This document shows, in pieces, positions 12,006-26,574 of a stretch of DNA of 64,000 nucleotides. The notes below the pieces were generated by a model. It made no database searches, was not told the origin of the DNA, and saw nothing but the letters and a program-made list of their open reading frames with translations. The position numbers and the translations under genes were made by a program. This DNA comes from Octopus sinensis (Eukaryota), in the NCBI RefSeq assembly GCF_006345805.1, contig NC_043007.1:43400001-43464000 (forward strand), in the 5' to 3' direction. How positions within the stretch are numbered: the stretch's first letter is position 1; each line of letters opens with the position of its first letter.

Positions 12006-14984
12006 CTGGTAAGAAAAAAAATAAAAAGACAAATATAGATTCTTTTCTTTAAGAAACTAAACCAGATGCAGGGAAGGTTTTTTTATATCTGAAGGCTGCA
12101 TCAAATTAAGTCTATGGAAAATTTTATAAATAAAAAAATAAAAATGTAAACCGTTCTTTTAATGACACAATATTATATTTACATATTAAATATATATATA
12201 TTATATATATCTTTTACCTAATCTCTCGTTCAGCTGATGTTTTTGCTCTCTTTTATAATCCTCTCTTTAATCGCTTAAGCAAACATACAAGCCTTAGGTA
12301 ATTGAGTACTCTTAGCACTTACTTGCTCCCTTTACTGAACTACATGTAGCACTTAGTACTCTTTACGTTGTCCTATATTTGTGCCACAACAGAAAACCAA
12401 GAACTTGCATTTTCCTCAGTGATGAATGAGCACCACTTTGAGGGAATGTCTAGAACTGGTACTATGAAATGTGCCCAGTACTCTCTGTAAAGTAGTTGAT
12501 AAGTGGGTAGAGAATACACAAGGTTCTGAGGCCATTTATTTAACCTCTCAAGTGTTGGTGCCACAAAAAACACATCCAGTACACTAAGTAAAATGGTTGA
12601 TGATGAGAAGAGATATGTAACCCTTTCTATCACCAACTAAGTCAGATGACAATCTATGGAAGTAGCAGCTTGCAATAGTAACAATCACTCAATCTGTCAA
12701 GTATGGAAAGTAGATGTAAAGATGATAGTGATGCAATCAACAAAAATGTGTTTTTTTTTTAATGGAAAAAATCTTGCTTTCTTCCAGAAGGCTGCACTTA
12801 AAGGTCATATTTCTCACACCCCAGGTATACACTTGCAGTTGGTGTCCCAAAATGGCTACAGTCCAATGACTGAAACCAGTGTTGTAATAAAGTAAAAGAT
12901 AGAGCCTGCTTTTAAGTAATGAGGTATGAACATTTTCACAAGTTCTGCTTAACCCTTTCACTACCAACCCACCTGGAACAGCTTCTATTAAAGGGTTCGA
13001 TGTTTAATTTCAAATCTTGGACTCAAATCTCTTTATTACATGAACAGTAATATTATACTTCAGTTGGTATACATTTTTTTTTTATTATTAAGTCAAAAGT
13101 TGTTTTTGTTTTATTTCACTAAATCCCTCATAGTTCTCGATCATTTTGAAAATTAAACTACAAAGGTGGAATATATTTTTAGATAGGATCAGAAGGCAGT
13201 TAGTGCCTTTTCTCTACTTTTTAATGGCAAAAATAAGAAACATATCCTTTCAAAAGAGAAATCTAGTTCACATTTTTTTGATCTAGCCTAAATTGAATAA
13301 CATTGGATTATGAAAGAAGTAGAGGGATCACTACCACCTTTTTAATATTTACTTTCTTGTGCTTGCGAGGGTCAGATGGAATTTGTTTAGGCAGATTTTC
13401 TGCAGTTAAATGCCTTTCTGTTAACTTTCACTTGTTTCCTAGCAAGGTAATATTTCCCTATGGCAGGACAAGTTTTCACAGAAGTTAAGGAAACAAATGA
13501 CACTCCTTGTATGATGGTGACATTCTTTTTTCAACTATTAGGCAATGTCAGGACAAGGAGGCACTAATGCACACAGTTTGTTGATTTACTTCAAGAAGTG
13601 CTGAGTTTCATGAGGCTGAAACTTACAAAAGGGATAAAAGAGGATTGTGACAAATGGTTGAGTGTTCTGTAGGAGAAGACTTGGTCAAACATAAAAAAAA
13701 ATGGATATGTAAAAAAACCCCAAAAAAACATGATAATGGTGGTGGAAGTTGGGATGTTTAGTCCCTACAATTGAGACTGTCTCGCCAGTTATGTTCATAT
13801 TAAGTTTTCCTGCCAATAACTTTCTATTGATGTTCTCCTGTTTATCATTCTCTTTTTCCACTACTCCTCCTCTCATTACCCTATCTCTCTTTGTCCCTTT
13901 CAACCTGCCACTCTCCTACCAATCTCCTTTGTCCATGATTCTCTTCTTCCTGCTTTTATTTTGGTTCCCTTCTATTACAGTTTTTCTCTTTCCAGACTCT
14001 CTTCTATCATAAACTCTCTCTTCTCTAGCCCCCTTCTCTCTCTGAGACAGCACAGAAAGAAGCTACTTTCCTTAAGTCTTGTCAGGGATGAGCACTTCTC
14101 TTGCATTGGTGAATGAATAAACAAACAATGTTGGGTAGAGAAGATTCTTTAGTTTTGCTGGGGCAAAACCAATACCATGATAAAATGTATTGGTTCACTT
14201 TGTAAAGTTGTTAGTGATAAAAGAAAAGGGCATCCAGTAATAGAGACGTCCAAAATGTTACATACAAGAGAGGTGTAGACTCTAATCCATCCAGAAAGGT
14301 AGTGACACTGAATAAGGGCCTAATAAGACCCTGACAACCTGTCTAACCTGTACCAGTATTAAAAATGAATGTAAAAATCATTCTGTCTCTATGTATCTTT
14401 GTCTGCCTCTGCCTAATGTATCCACCATCATCAGCAAGAAATATATTTTCAGAGCCAAGACTTCAATCACCTCCTTATCATCATGTAACGTCTGCTTTTC
14501 CATTTTTGTATGGGTCAGGCAGAATTTGTCGAGGCAGATTTTCTACAGCCATATGCCCTTCCTGTTGCCAACCCTTATCTGTTTGCAAGCAAGGTAATAT
14601 TTCCTCATGGTCAGATATGTGTTCAAGGACGACGGGAAATGAGCAACATCGTTTGAGTGACAATGATTCTCGTTCAAAACAGTCAAATATCAAGATAAGG
14701 GTACACACACACACACATATATACGACAGGCTTTTTTCTGTTTCTGTCTGTCAAATCCACTTACAAGGCTGTGGTCAGCCAGGGGCTATAATAGAAGACA
14801 GTTGCTCAAGTTGCTGCACAATGGGACTGAACCCAAGTTCTACATGGTTTGGAAGCAAGCCTATTAACTGCACAACCATGCCTGCACTTACTATCTTAAC
14901 AAAAGTGTAATTATTTCCTCCTCAAAAAATCATGACCTTGATTATAGAGAAGGAGTGTATTAAAGTTAGTTCTAATGTACTTAC

Positions 14985-15119
14985 CTGTAGAAAGTATATC
15001 GTGAGATGACAATACAATATGGCTTTGATCTCCATCGTCTTCAGATGGCTGTGTTGTTACTGTGACAATGTGATCACTCATGTCTTGTGTGATTACAACT
15101 GATTCACTGCCTTGGAAGT
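14985..15119 (-). CDS. ZNF410: ZNF410-like coding exon 7 (DFQGSESVVITQDMSDH...HDILST)
   Basis: Long T tract plus aag acceptor, gtaagt donor; 135 nt, phase 1 to 1, open in frame. Confidence 0.8.
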
Positions 15120-15406
15120 CTTGAAGTAAAAAAAAAAACAAAAAAACAAAGGAAAACAAATCAGGTCATTGAATACATTTGTGTTTGTTTATTACAAAGT
15201 ATAAAGAAATAGTGGAACATGAATTTGCAATAACAATATTATAGGTGGAGATGTGGCTGTGTGGTAAGAAGTTTGCTTCTGAACCACATATCTTGGATTC
15301 AGTCTCACTGTGTGGCATTTTGGGGAAATGTCTTCTACTAACAGATCTGGGCCAACCAAAGTCTTTTGTATGAATTTAGTAGACAGAAACTGAAAAAAAC
15401 CCCACC

Positions 15407-15479
<73 letters not shown>

Positions 15480-15620
15480 TAAATTAGAGACGAAACCACT
15501 ATTAGGCAAATCATACAATGAAAAACTTAAGCCAATACATAAGATTATATTTTACTATAAAATTGGATTCAATCCTAAATCTGATTTTTCCCTGTAAGTT
15601 TGGATTTATTTCCTAATATT

Positions 15621-15669
<49 letters not shown>

Positions 15670-17512
15670 CACACATGTGATGATGATGATGATATATATA
15701 TATATATATATATATGCCATGTATGTGTGTGTTACTGTCTCCTTGCCTTGACTTCATGTAATAGCTGTAAATGAATGCCACTTTCATGCAAGCTATGCTC
15801 TTTGTATCCAATCTTGGGGAATATTACCTTGATTGGAAAAAGGTCAGGGTTGATGACAGGAAATAGGCCTCAACAAATTCTGTCTGTTCCATGCAAGCAT
15901 GGAAAAGAGGACATTAAAATGGTGATGATGATGAATATTAGTCTAAGTAGTTTCCTAATATGGTTTACAATAGTATTTAATTCAACAGTGTGGCTTAGTG
16001 GTTTGAGTGTTGCACTTATGATCGCAAGATTGTTTTGATTCACAAACCAGCTGTACATTGTATTCTTGAGCAAAACACTTCATTTCACATTGCTCCAGTC
16101 TACTCAGCAGTAAATGGGTAACCATGAGACAGATTGGTAAATTAGGGTGTGATGGTGACTCAGGAGAATCACGTGAATGGAAGTCTTGCAAGTCATATTT
16201 TGTATTCAGTGATCGAAGGGACGACAATATGATGATTGAGTGCAACGGCCACAACATATATAAGTTATCATTAACAAAGCACATAGTTTGGTCAACTTAA
16301 TGAAAATAAATTTCATTTGATAAATATTAATTGATCATATTTTTTCTGAGCTTTTTATGTTTTTTTCTAAATAATGTAATGTTGAATTTTCAGTTTCCTC
16401 ATCATAGATGCATTGTTGATAACAGTTCAATTAATATTTCGTTTTGGATTTGGTTTGCAAGATTCTTTATATGAGTTTGTGTGTTGAAGCATAATCTGTT
16501 GTGTCTGGGAAGAGTCATTTTCTTTTTGTGCCTTATAATTTAACACACCCACCGGTAAAATTTCCACTTATTTTTTATTTCCACACACATGCGCACAAAC
16601 AAACAAGGAACGCAGTGTAAATAATGGACAGAGTCAAGACTATTGAAAAGGTTGCAAGATGCAACAAAAGTTTTAGGAAAATAAAAATAAGAATTAAGTG
16701 GAAATTTTACTGGTGAGTGTGTTAATTATAAGGCACAAAAAGAAAATGATTCTCCCCAGACAACAGTTCCATTAATATTCTCTCTAGTCATCTTAAGGTG
16801 ATATTCCTGAACTAAATCAAGGTTTGAACCTAACTTGGTATTCTTTATTTTAACAACTGGATCTGCTGTTATTAAAAGAGAGTCCAGGTTTAGATTCAAA
16901 CTTAACTCAGGAATATCACCTGAAGATGATTGCAGAGAATACTGATAAAATACTGATTCTTTAAAATTAGAACAAGATCTGCTGTTCTAACCACTGGTCT
17001 TTTGTGCCAAAGGACAGTGGTGTTGTCATTTTAAGGAACTTAAGCTTTTGTCTTATTTTTGGGATTAATTGTGCCTATGTAGATATCTGCCTAGATATAT
17101 TTTTGTTCTTCAAAAAAGTGGAATATAACTATAACCCCACAACACAAACACATTGTTTTAATGTCCACTTTTTCATGCTAGCATGGGTTGGATGGAATTT
17201 GTTGAGGTGAATTTTTTATTGCCAGATGTTTTTCCTATCACCAACCATCACCCCTTTCCAAGCAAGGTAATGTTTCCCCATGACCAGACATGTTTCCATG
17301 GAAGATTGGAAACAAAGGACACCATTTACATGATGGTGACACTGGCTTACAACTACTATACAATATGAAGGCAAGGAGACGCTGCCGCCACCACCACTGA
17401 CAAAATTGTTTAACATCCGCCTTCCATGCTGGCATATATATATATATATGCAAAAGCACACTGTGACCAGTGATGTGTAACATCTGATAGTCTGGTCGGT
17501 CATGTGGATATA

Positions 17513-18815
17513 CAGTGTGCGGTGAATAAAGTGTCGTCTAAATTATGCAAAAATGAAAATAACACTGACATCTCATTTTAACAGATATATTTACTAAAAT
17601 TACATAAAATATCTAGAAATACTAAAGAGTAAATTTATTCAATAAAATCAGCATTGGCTTCAACCACAGCCTCTAGACGACTTTGGAATATCCTGCAACT
17701 CTTCTGGATGGTCTCCTTGTTTTAGTTGGTGAATGCTGCCATAATCCTTGCCTTCGGATCATCTTTGTTGTTACAAGGAGTTTTGTTGTTTCTCACTCAA
17801 CTGTGCCCCACACATAATAATCAAGGGGGTTGCAGTCTGGGGAGTTATGTGGACAGATGTTAGGGATGATGTGGTTGCAGAAATTGTTTGACAGCCTTGA
17901 CTGGGTTCTCCTGCTTGTGTGACATGGTGCAAAGTCCTGTTGCTAGACATAGGGTCTTTCAGCAGCTACCCTTTTGCCCTAGGGCAGCACTACATCCTTC
18001 AGGCACTTGATGTAGGCCTCTGGGTTGAGCCTAATGCCGTATAGGAAAATGAATGGAGGCATAACATCACCATCACTAGTGATCACTCCAAACACCTTGA
18101 TGTTGACTGGATGTTTGATTTTTATCACTCTTGGTACATGTTTTGGGGACATGGCAAGCCAACAGTTGTTCTGCATGTTCATCATCTGATTTTAGCAGAA
18201 ATTTTTCTCATCTGAGAAAAACCAAAGCATGTTCGGTTGGAGGGGATGCTTGAGTTTGTTCAAAAGTTTTGTAGCACAGTCTTTCCTCTTGTTCTTGATG
18301 GCTTGGGATAAAAATTGGCTTTCTCTAATCTTGTATGAGGAGAACTGAATGTCTTTATGCACTACCTACCTAATAAGAAACTCAGACACTCCCATGTCTC
18401 TGGCAAAGGACCTGATTGAGTTGGAGGGATTGGTGTCAATCATGGCCTGGATCTCACCGTTAAATGTAGGAGTTCTTTTCTTATTGGAATGGTCAGAGTT
18501 AGTTCTCCAAATCTGTACCTTTGTAATCACCATTAGACTTATCTAGCTCTTTCCGAATCCTCTGCACTGTCCTCAGATTGACACCCAAACACACTGAAAT
18601 GTTCCTATTGAAGCTTCCGATGTGAATGTCAAGCAGTACAGCATGTTGTTTCCAAATTTCTGGCAGAGTGAATTGCATCATGGTGCTGTTTTTCTCACAG
18701 ATGGTGCCCAACTGACCCTACTTTCCTGTGTAGTTGACAAAATAAAAAAACAAAAACAATGTGCATATGCGAAATTAAAAACAGAAAATGGCGACAATTT
18801 ACCCATTGCACCCTG
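17513..18815 (-). mobile_element. Full-length degenerate maT (DD37D) Tc1/mariner element
   Basis: QQD-FAPCH...NSPDCNPL-DYYVW with exactly 37 residues between the last two Asp. VFGVITSDGDVMPPFIF motif. Imperfect TIRs cagtgtgcggtgaataaagtgtcg / cagggtgcaatgggtaaattgtcg. Confidence 0.88.
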
Positions 18816-18854
18816 TGTATATATATATATATAATTATCAAGTACTCACCCCGA

Positions 18855-18919
<65 letters not shown>

Positions 18920-19215
18920 CACATAAGTGGATTTCTTAAATCCATTCACAAAGGTTTGATCTGCCCAGGGCTATAGTAGAAGACACTTGCTCAAGGTGCT
19001 ATACAGGGGACTGGCAACCACGTAGTTTGGAAGTAAACTTCTTACCACACACATATATAAACCAGCAACAATTTATGACTAGTATAATATTCCTGATAAT
19101 TTGGGATAAACATTGCTTTAAATTAATTTAAAATAATTATAATGATGTTTATTCCTAATGAAACAGCTGTTTAAAGTAATTAAATTATAAATTAACTGTG
19201 AAATATACTTTTTTG

Positions 19216-19270
<55 letters not shown>

Positions 19271-19714
19271 TTAAAGTCATCATCTTTTAACATCTATGTT
19301 CCACACTGGTATTAGCTGGATGGTTTGACAGGATCCAACAAGCCAGTAGACTGCATTGAGCTTCAATGTCTGCTTTTGCTTGACGCCCTTGTTAACAACT
19401 TTTCTACAGTGGGTTGAATACTTTTGTTTCATGGCACCAGCACTAGTGAGGTCACCAAGTAACACATAAGACAAGACACCTAAACTGAATGGGGGGGGAG
19501 TGGCTTTGTGCCAGGTGTTGATATGCTAGAGTATACTAGAGGAACGAGAACAGGTGTCGAGAAGATACGTGTGTGTGTGTGTGTGAATAGTTATCAAGAT
19601 TTTCAACATGTAATTGCTTCAGTTATAATATGTTATCCCAGATCAAGTTGTTTGCTGAAAAAGCATAACTCTAAAATATACTATGTCTTAGTTTAAAATG
19701 ATTTTTATAGTTAC

Positions 19715-19936
19715 CTTGGTATTGCAAAAGGCTTTCTTCATCCTCTTCTGAATTTCTCAAAACAAAAATGTTTGGACTATTTTCTTTTGTTCTAGAATTT
19801 TCTTTTGAAGGTAACTGTTCAATCTCTTTCTTCACTTTTTTAGAAAGGAGCCCGTGGTGTCTCTTGATGTGAACTGTGCGGCTACCACTCTGAGAAAATG
19901 TTTTCCCACATTCATAACAAACAAAAGGTTTTTCAC
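19715..19936 (-). CDS. ZNF410: ZNF410-like coding exon 6: ZF5 (CYECGKTFSQSGSRTVHIKRHH) plus basic/acidic tail
   Basis: 222 nt, phase 1 to 1. CGKTFSQSGSRxVH matches recalled human ZF5. Confidence 0.93.
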
Positions 19937-21838
19937 CTAGAAAATAAAATAACTATCATAATCAGTATCAACATGCTGGCATGAACCAATGAGAGAAGCT
20001 TCTACATGGGTGCTCGGCATGCTAGAAATAGCAGCCAAATTCCTAACAAAGTACAGCTTATCATTTTAAAAATAAGAGGCACACATTAAACAATGTTGTG
20101 AAAACATTGCCTGAAAATACAAAAGGATGGGAGGATCATGGCTGCAACATTTTGGTTAAAGATGACCCAGGGCTAAAGAAAAACATCCCGGTATGGATTC
20201 TGATATTTAGCATGTCATTTCTATTAACTTTAGTAGGTTCTTCAATTTCATATATCTCTGCCAATAATATCAATATGTTTGAGTGGGCTTTGTCCTCTAT
20301 TAGGGTAGAAAAATATTCGAAATATAATATTTAATCTGATTTGGTAGCCATCATGATAGCAGTGATCACCAAAACCTAACCCTTATTGAGCAACAATAGC
20401 AGAGAAGACTGGCATAAGTGTATAAATTCCCTCTTTGTTCTTGTGCTCATGCCATATTTTTGGAGCTCTCATGAGAAGCCTGATGTACCATTCAAAGCAA
20501 TCTTAAAGCTACTTCTTCATCACCTAGTCAACCATATAGAGGCTCCATGAACAATCACGCACTCAAAACATGCTCTAAAAATTAGCTTTGTTCACTTTGC
20601 TATGCTAGTATAACTCCAACACACATCTACTATAGTTAACACTTATCTCTAAATCCTACATCCAATTAGTACAGTTTCTATTCTGTATTTCAATTGCTTT
20701 CTTCAAGTATCAATTCTTTAGTCAATAAATATACATATACATAGTCTCCTTTCTTTCTAGTCTTTGCTGGTTTTTTATTCTCATTGTGTTCATGTTTCTT
20801 TAATATAAAGTCTCATTACTCTAATACATAGATCCTACATCTTGATATTTGTACACAAAGAGAACATCTGTTGTTGTTGTTGTTTAACCTCAGATTAGTC
20901 TTGATTAAGTAGATCAATAATCAAAGACACTGCAGCTGTAACTATCCCATCCTTTTGTATATGAGAAGAAACTACACTGTCCACTGTTTACGGTGATAGG
21001 ATATGAGTTGAGACAGATTTGACTACTATACTGCTATGTTTGGTACATTTAATGACCACCAATGTTAGTGTGTTTACTTCCCTGTAACTTAGTGGTTTGG
21101 CAAAAGAGACCGATAGGATAAGTACTAGGCTTACAAAGAGTAAGTCCTGGGGTTGATTTGTTTGACTAAAGGCGGTGCTCACAAAGGAAACAGGTAGATT
21201 ACAAAATGCTTTGTTAAAACAAGGAAAAGTGGATGGTATGATGATGATTCACATGTTTTTTTTTTGTTGATGAAATATAGACTTAATGAGAACTTTCAAA
21301 TTGCCAGTTTGTTTTCACAAAGTCAAGTATATAATAAATTATTGGCAGCTTCATTTTCTGGTATCTTGGAATCCTGCTATTAAGAAGCCTCTTAATATAT
21401 TATCAGTTCTTTAATACATGACTGTGTGGTAAGATATTCGCTTCCCAACCACATAGTTTCGGGTTCAAACCCACTGCGTGGCATCTTGAGCAAGTGCCTT
21501 CTACTTAGTCCAGGGCCATCCAAAGCCTTGTGAGTGGATTTGGTTGATGGAACTGAAAGAAGCCTGTCACATACGTATCATTGTTAATATGTTAAACTGT
21601 GGTATGTCCAAATTTGGCTAAATGCATTTTTTTTCTCAATATTTATTTATGCTTGCAATAGCCAGTTCTTTTAGTCAAACTACCACATCTCCAGCTTCAG
21701 ATGCCAAGATATCAAAAATTGTCAAAGTATAGTACAACGGTTTTGCTATGGAATAGCGAAACTATGTTTTTGTTTTCTGAAAAAGCAATGTTTTGGACAA
21801 ATGACACTTTTGCATAATAGCAACGATATATATATATA

Positions 21839-22110
21839 TCTATAAAACTAAGAATGTGTGTCTGTCTGTCTGTGTGAATCCCTAAAACTTGAGAACTACA
21901 CAACCAATTTCATCCAAATTTCACACATGCCTTACTTAGGGTCCATGTAGTGTCATGGGCAAAAATGTTTAACTTCATGCCTAGAGCGAGCCCACAGCAA
22001 TATCATACCTTCTCCACTATTTCAATATTACATGTTAAAAGTGAAACAAAAACATCACTCTATTGTAATGTTAGATACTTTCACTTTAATACTGAAACTA
22101 TTATATAAGA
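21839..22110 (+). mobile_element. Non-autonomous Helitron-like element, 5' portion
   Basis: Starts A/TCTATAAAACT. A near-identical second copy is at 37532-37800. Confidence 0.6.
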
Positions 22111-24130
22111 GTGATGAACCATTAACAGTGGACATCCATTCTGCTAGAAGAAGATCCGCTATGGTCTTATATGCTACACCACTGGTTTTCAATTCATATC
22201 AATCAAATTAATATTCAATTTTTCACCCTTATTATTTTAAATTTAAATTTACATGTGTATATATATATGTATATATAGATGTATACATATACATGTATAT
22301 ATATACATGTATATGTATACATGTATGTGGAGATGTATATACATATAGATGTACATGTAATATGTACACATATATACATGCATACATATATACACACATA
22401 CACACACCCACACACAAACATAGGTGCAGGTGTGGCTGTATGGTAACAAACTTGGTTCCAAAACACATGGTCCTCAGTTCAGTCCCACTGTGTGGTAACT
22501 TGGCATGTGTCTTCTGCTATAGCCTCGGACCAACCAAAGCCTTGTCAGTGGATTTTGTAGACAGAAACTGAAAGAAATCAATTGTATATATATATGTATG
22601 TATATATGTAAGTGTATGTGTGTGTCTTTGTCTCTGTGTTTCACCCTCATCACTGCTTCACAACTGCTGTTCATTTATTTACATCCCCATAACTTACTGG
22701 TTTCACAAGAACAAAATAATAGAATAAGTACCAGGCTTATCAACATAAAAAAAGCACTAGGCTGTGTCTCATATTTTTGTTTGCCCACTCAGTTGTATCT
22801 ATCAATTTATCTTTGTGTGTGTGTGTGTATCTCTCTCTCTCTATATATATATATAACACTAATGGGGGCCTTTAACCCAAATTTTAGTAATTTCTTTTAT
22901 GATCCAAAACTAGGTCAAAAGTACAGAATGGATCTTTATGAAATTTAGAAATTATATTCTGTGCATAAGGGCCATAACCCCCATGATAATTCATATATTT
23001 TTGCTGTTGATGAAATTTTAACCATAGATATGAGACACAAATGACGTAATATTTATAAAATTTCATCTGCTTACAAGTTAGAAAGACCCTTCCATGGGGA
23101 CTTAACACCCACAATTTTGTCATTTTATCTAAGCAAAAACGAATACACTTGTGCTCTAGGAAGCTGTGGGGTTACCCGAGCATAAAAGATTAGCATTATT
23201 TGTAATTCAATGGTACAACAGTGTAACAGTTTGCTTTGACATACACTTACATTGTGATTTCTGCAATGTGGTGCATAAATTGTCAAATTGCATCTTTGCC
23301 TCCATTGATTCAGTTGCAAAGTGTTGAGTAAAGTTATTTGATTGCAGACCTCCTTTCAGTCTTTTTATTATCACTCGGTCACATATAGTCCCCAGACGGT
23401 AACTTTGATTTCAAGGCCTTCCCCGATGAGTGACTGGTCATTCAAAGACATTTATAGATTGTAAATTTATTTTGTCCAGTTACGTATCAGTTTAGTGGTC
23501 ATTTGCAAACTCCAGAGGTGACACATTTTTCCTTAGCCTTCATGCCACACAATTGTTAATATTTATTTCAGTTGGATCACGTCCTTCCAATTGCTATAGA
23601 TTCATAATGCATCTTACGGCTGTGCCTGTCACCTGGACGGTGAAGAATCCTACACTGGGAGTGGTAATGACTAGGGTAGGGTAGCTGACTGCTTATTGTG
23701 ATCATTCGTCTTTTGGTTTCCTGTATCTTTGCTCTCTTTTACAAACCCAGTGAACATATATTTCCTATTTGAAAGAAATTCAAACAATAGATATAAGATC
23801 CAAGTTAAAAAGATTCTCAACAATTCAACTTCCTTGGTTGACATTAAGATGCCCACCCCCAACAGGGGCCTTAACTCTCACATTTTAGAGCTCCATGACC
23901 TTCATTTTTCAGGAGCAAAATCTTTTTAACAGGTTCAATAAGACTGGAATTTTGGAATATGCGCATAAAAATCAGCAGTAAAGGATACATGTGGCACAAT
24001 TACAATTTTTTAGGCTGTGTAAGGAGGGAAATAACCCTCATCTGCAATTTTGATGAAATTCGGAACATATATATTCCAGTTCATTACAGAAAATATAACA
24101 GAAAAGTTTAATTCTTCAATTGAATGTAAC

Positions 24131-24156
24131 ACGGGCAACGCTGGGTATCTCTGCTA

Positions 24157-24157
<1 letters not shown>
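24131..24157 (+). mobile_element. Helitron-type 3' terminus (GC-rich stem then CTAG/T)
   Basis: acgggcaacgctgggtatctctgCTAG followed by T. Confidence 0.6.
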
Positions 24158-24192
<35 letters not shown>

Positions 24193-24718
24193 GTCTTTGT
24201 GTTTGGTGCTGCTGCTGCTGCAGCAGCACCAGCATTTGATAGCTGGTGTTGGTTTGTTTATGTACTAGTAACTTAGTGGTTCAGCAAAGGGACCAACAGA
24301 ATAGTATTAGGTTTAGAGAAAGGAAAAAGTACTGAGGTCAATTTCGAGTAAACCCTTTAAGGCTAAAAGGTAAGATAAATAATTAATTCTTTAAGTTAGG
24401 TAATGAAAAGACACTGATTGGATATTTTTTTAACGAACTGGTAAAATACTTGAACATCCAATAAATGTATATATTGCTTGAATCCATTAAATAGTATACT
24501 TTCTCATTCACTTTTGTGTGGAGGAATGGAAGTTATGGCAGCTATTAATTTATTCAATGGTATAAATGAAGAAAACTAGCCATTGCTAAGATTCAGAATC
24601 TTGATTTGCAGTAAGTTTATGTCTATTCTATTAGGCAATATTTTTCAGTATATATATTTAGCATGAAAACAGGATCATACAAGTGAAAAATCATTGTAAA
24701 CAATTTTAAATAACTTAC

Positions 24719-24808
24719 CGGTATGTACTAATTTATGTTTACGAAGACTAGAATATTCTGCAAAACTTCGGTTACATCCAGCATGACTGCATACAAATGG
24801 ACGTTCTC
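24719..24808 (-). CDS. ZNF410: ZNF410-like coding exon 5: ZF4 (CSHAGCNRSFAEYSSLRKHKLVH)
   Basis: 90 nt, phase 1 to 1, gtaagt donor. RSFAEYSSLRKH is identical to recalled human ZF4. Confidence 0.95.
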
Positions 24809-25027
24809 CTAAATAAATAAAAGCAATATTTGACTGAACAATAATCTCAGTTAAATACAGTCCACACAGAAATTCTGGTAAAACAAGTTATTTTAATTTA
24901 TTTGTTTGGTTATATAAGAAAGAAAAAATCTATATCTCACACACACATGAAAAGCTGTATTTGTACCGTTAAGAAAGTTTAGATTTTATTCACAACATAC
25001 AAGTATTAAACATTTTAATTCTTGTAC

Positions 25028-25209
25028 CTGTATGTACTCTAATATGATTTTTGAGATTCCCTGCAGTTGTAAATGCCTTTTCACAGCCTTCTTCCTGGCA
25101 TTGGAATGGCTTTTCGCCTGTATGGGTTCTCATGTGTACAGCAAGACGTTGAGAAGTATAAAATGTTTTCTTACAACCAGATGAAGTACATGCATATTGT
25201 CTTTCACCT
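25028..25209 (-). CDS. ZNF410: ZNF410-like coding exon 4: ZF2 (CTSSGCKKTFYTSQRLAVHMRTH) and ZF3 (CQEEGCEKAFTTAGNLKNHIRVH)
   Basis: 182 nt, phase 2 to 1. TGEKP linker. FTTAGNLKNH is identical to recalled human ZNF410 ZF3. Confidence 0.95.
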
Positions 25210-26515
25210 CTGTTGGAATTTTATAAAAAGAAAAGGTAAAAAAGATGAAAAAATTGATTAGTTGATGATAAAACTTGCAACTTAACGAACAGAATTAATA
25301 ATGTGGTTGATCAATGAAGTGATCATTTTAAAGTATATTTTTTATTTCTCAAAACCATGTCAAACTGAATAACTATGATAAACTATAAATAATTTTTCAT
25401 ATTGGCCCAAGATCACAAATTTACTGTAGTGGGGTGGTGCTACAGTTGATTGAATCAACCCCAATATGCAACAGATACTTATATTTGATTGAACATGGCA
25501 AATTTAACACTGCAGGGGTCTGAATTCAGGACACAAAGGGAAGAAAGAAGTTAGTCAGTCCATCACTACTATATCAGTTACTCCATTGTCTTATAGTCTT
25601 GTGCTCTTTTACAGGTTTCAGTTACTGGGCTATGGCCACACTGGGGCATCACCTTAGTTGATCATGACTTATGTCAGTCTGGTACATATGTTATTGATCT
25701 ATTTATTGAACCTCTGAGTTTCTGTACAGAAAAGGACACTGACATAAAAAACAATAGTTTTTAAATAAATATAAATATAAATATATCAGCATGTGTGTGT
25801 GTTTTTGTGTTTATGGTGGGAGTGTATATATATATATATATATGACAGGCTTCTGAATAGTTTTTTATCTATCAAATTCTGCTTGCAAAGTATTGGTTCA
25901 CCATGAGGCAACAGTAGAAGACATCTGCCCAAGGTGTTGTGTAGTAAGACTGAACTTAAATGTAACATTTAGAAACTGTAAATAAATAACTTCAAATAAT
26001 TTAGTCAATGTCTCTCATGGCTTTTGATCTTAACTGATTGGAAGTGTTATCATATACATGTTTTGTCTTGGTATAAAAGATGGGCTACAACAAATGTTCT
26101 GCTCAATACCACAGATTTGCTTATCAGTTATTTGACCATAACCAGTTGAGCATCTCCATTAGCAGCTGATGATACGTGCATCTCTGATCATGAGCAGAAG
26201 TAGTTGGGGAGCATCATAGCTATGTGTGGAGAATTCTTTGGGGTTTGAATAATTCACCTCTGGAAACATGGGTGTTTTGTTCACCATCCTTAAACAAACC
26301 TTATTCAGGGACCTTTTGAGCAGAATGGACTACTCAACCTAAAGACAATTTTAATTGGCCCCTCCTGCAAGGTCATGCACTGTTTATCTTGATATGAGAT
26401 CATGTCATGCATGTACCTGGTGTACCCTTATTAGACAGGTAGTCATGATGGGTATATTGGCTTCGTATATTTGTACCCCAGTCACTTTGATGGTATGTGC
26501 TACTCTCACACTCAA

Positions 26516-26550
<35 letters not shown>

Positions 26551-26574
26551 ATAATAATAATAATCAATACATAC

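Noticed and set aside
14365-14910. Longest ORF in the track (181 aa) with a signal-peptide-like start
   Set aside because: It runs through two antisense repeat copies (the GAT-tailed element and the CORE SINE), has no recognisable domain, and lies antisense within a ZNF410 intron.
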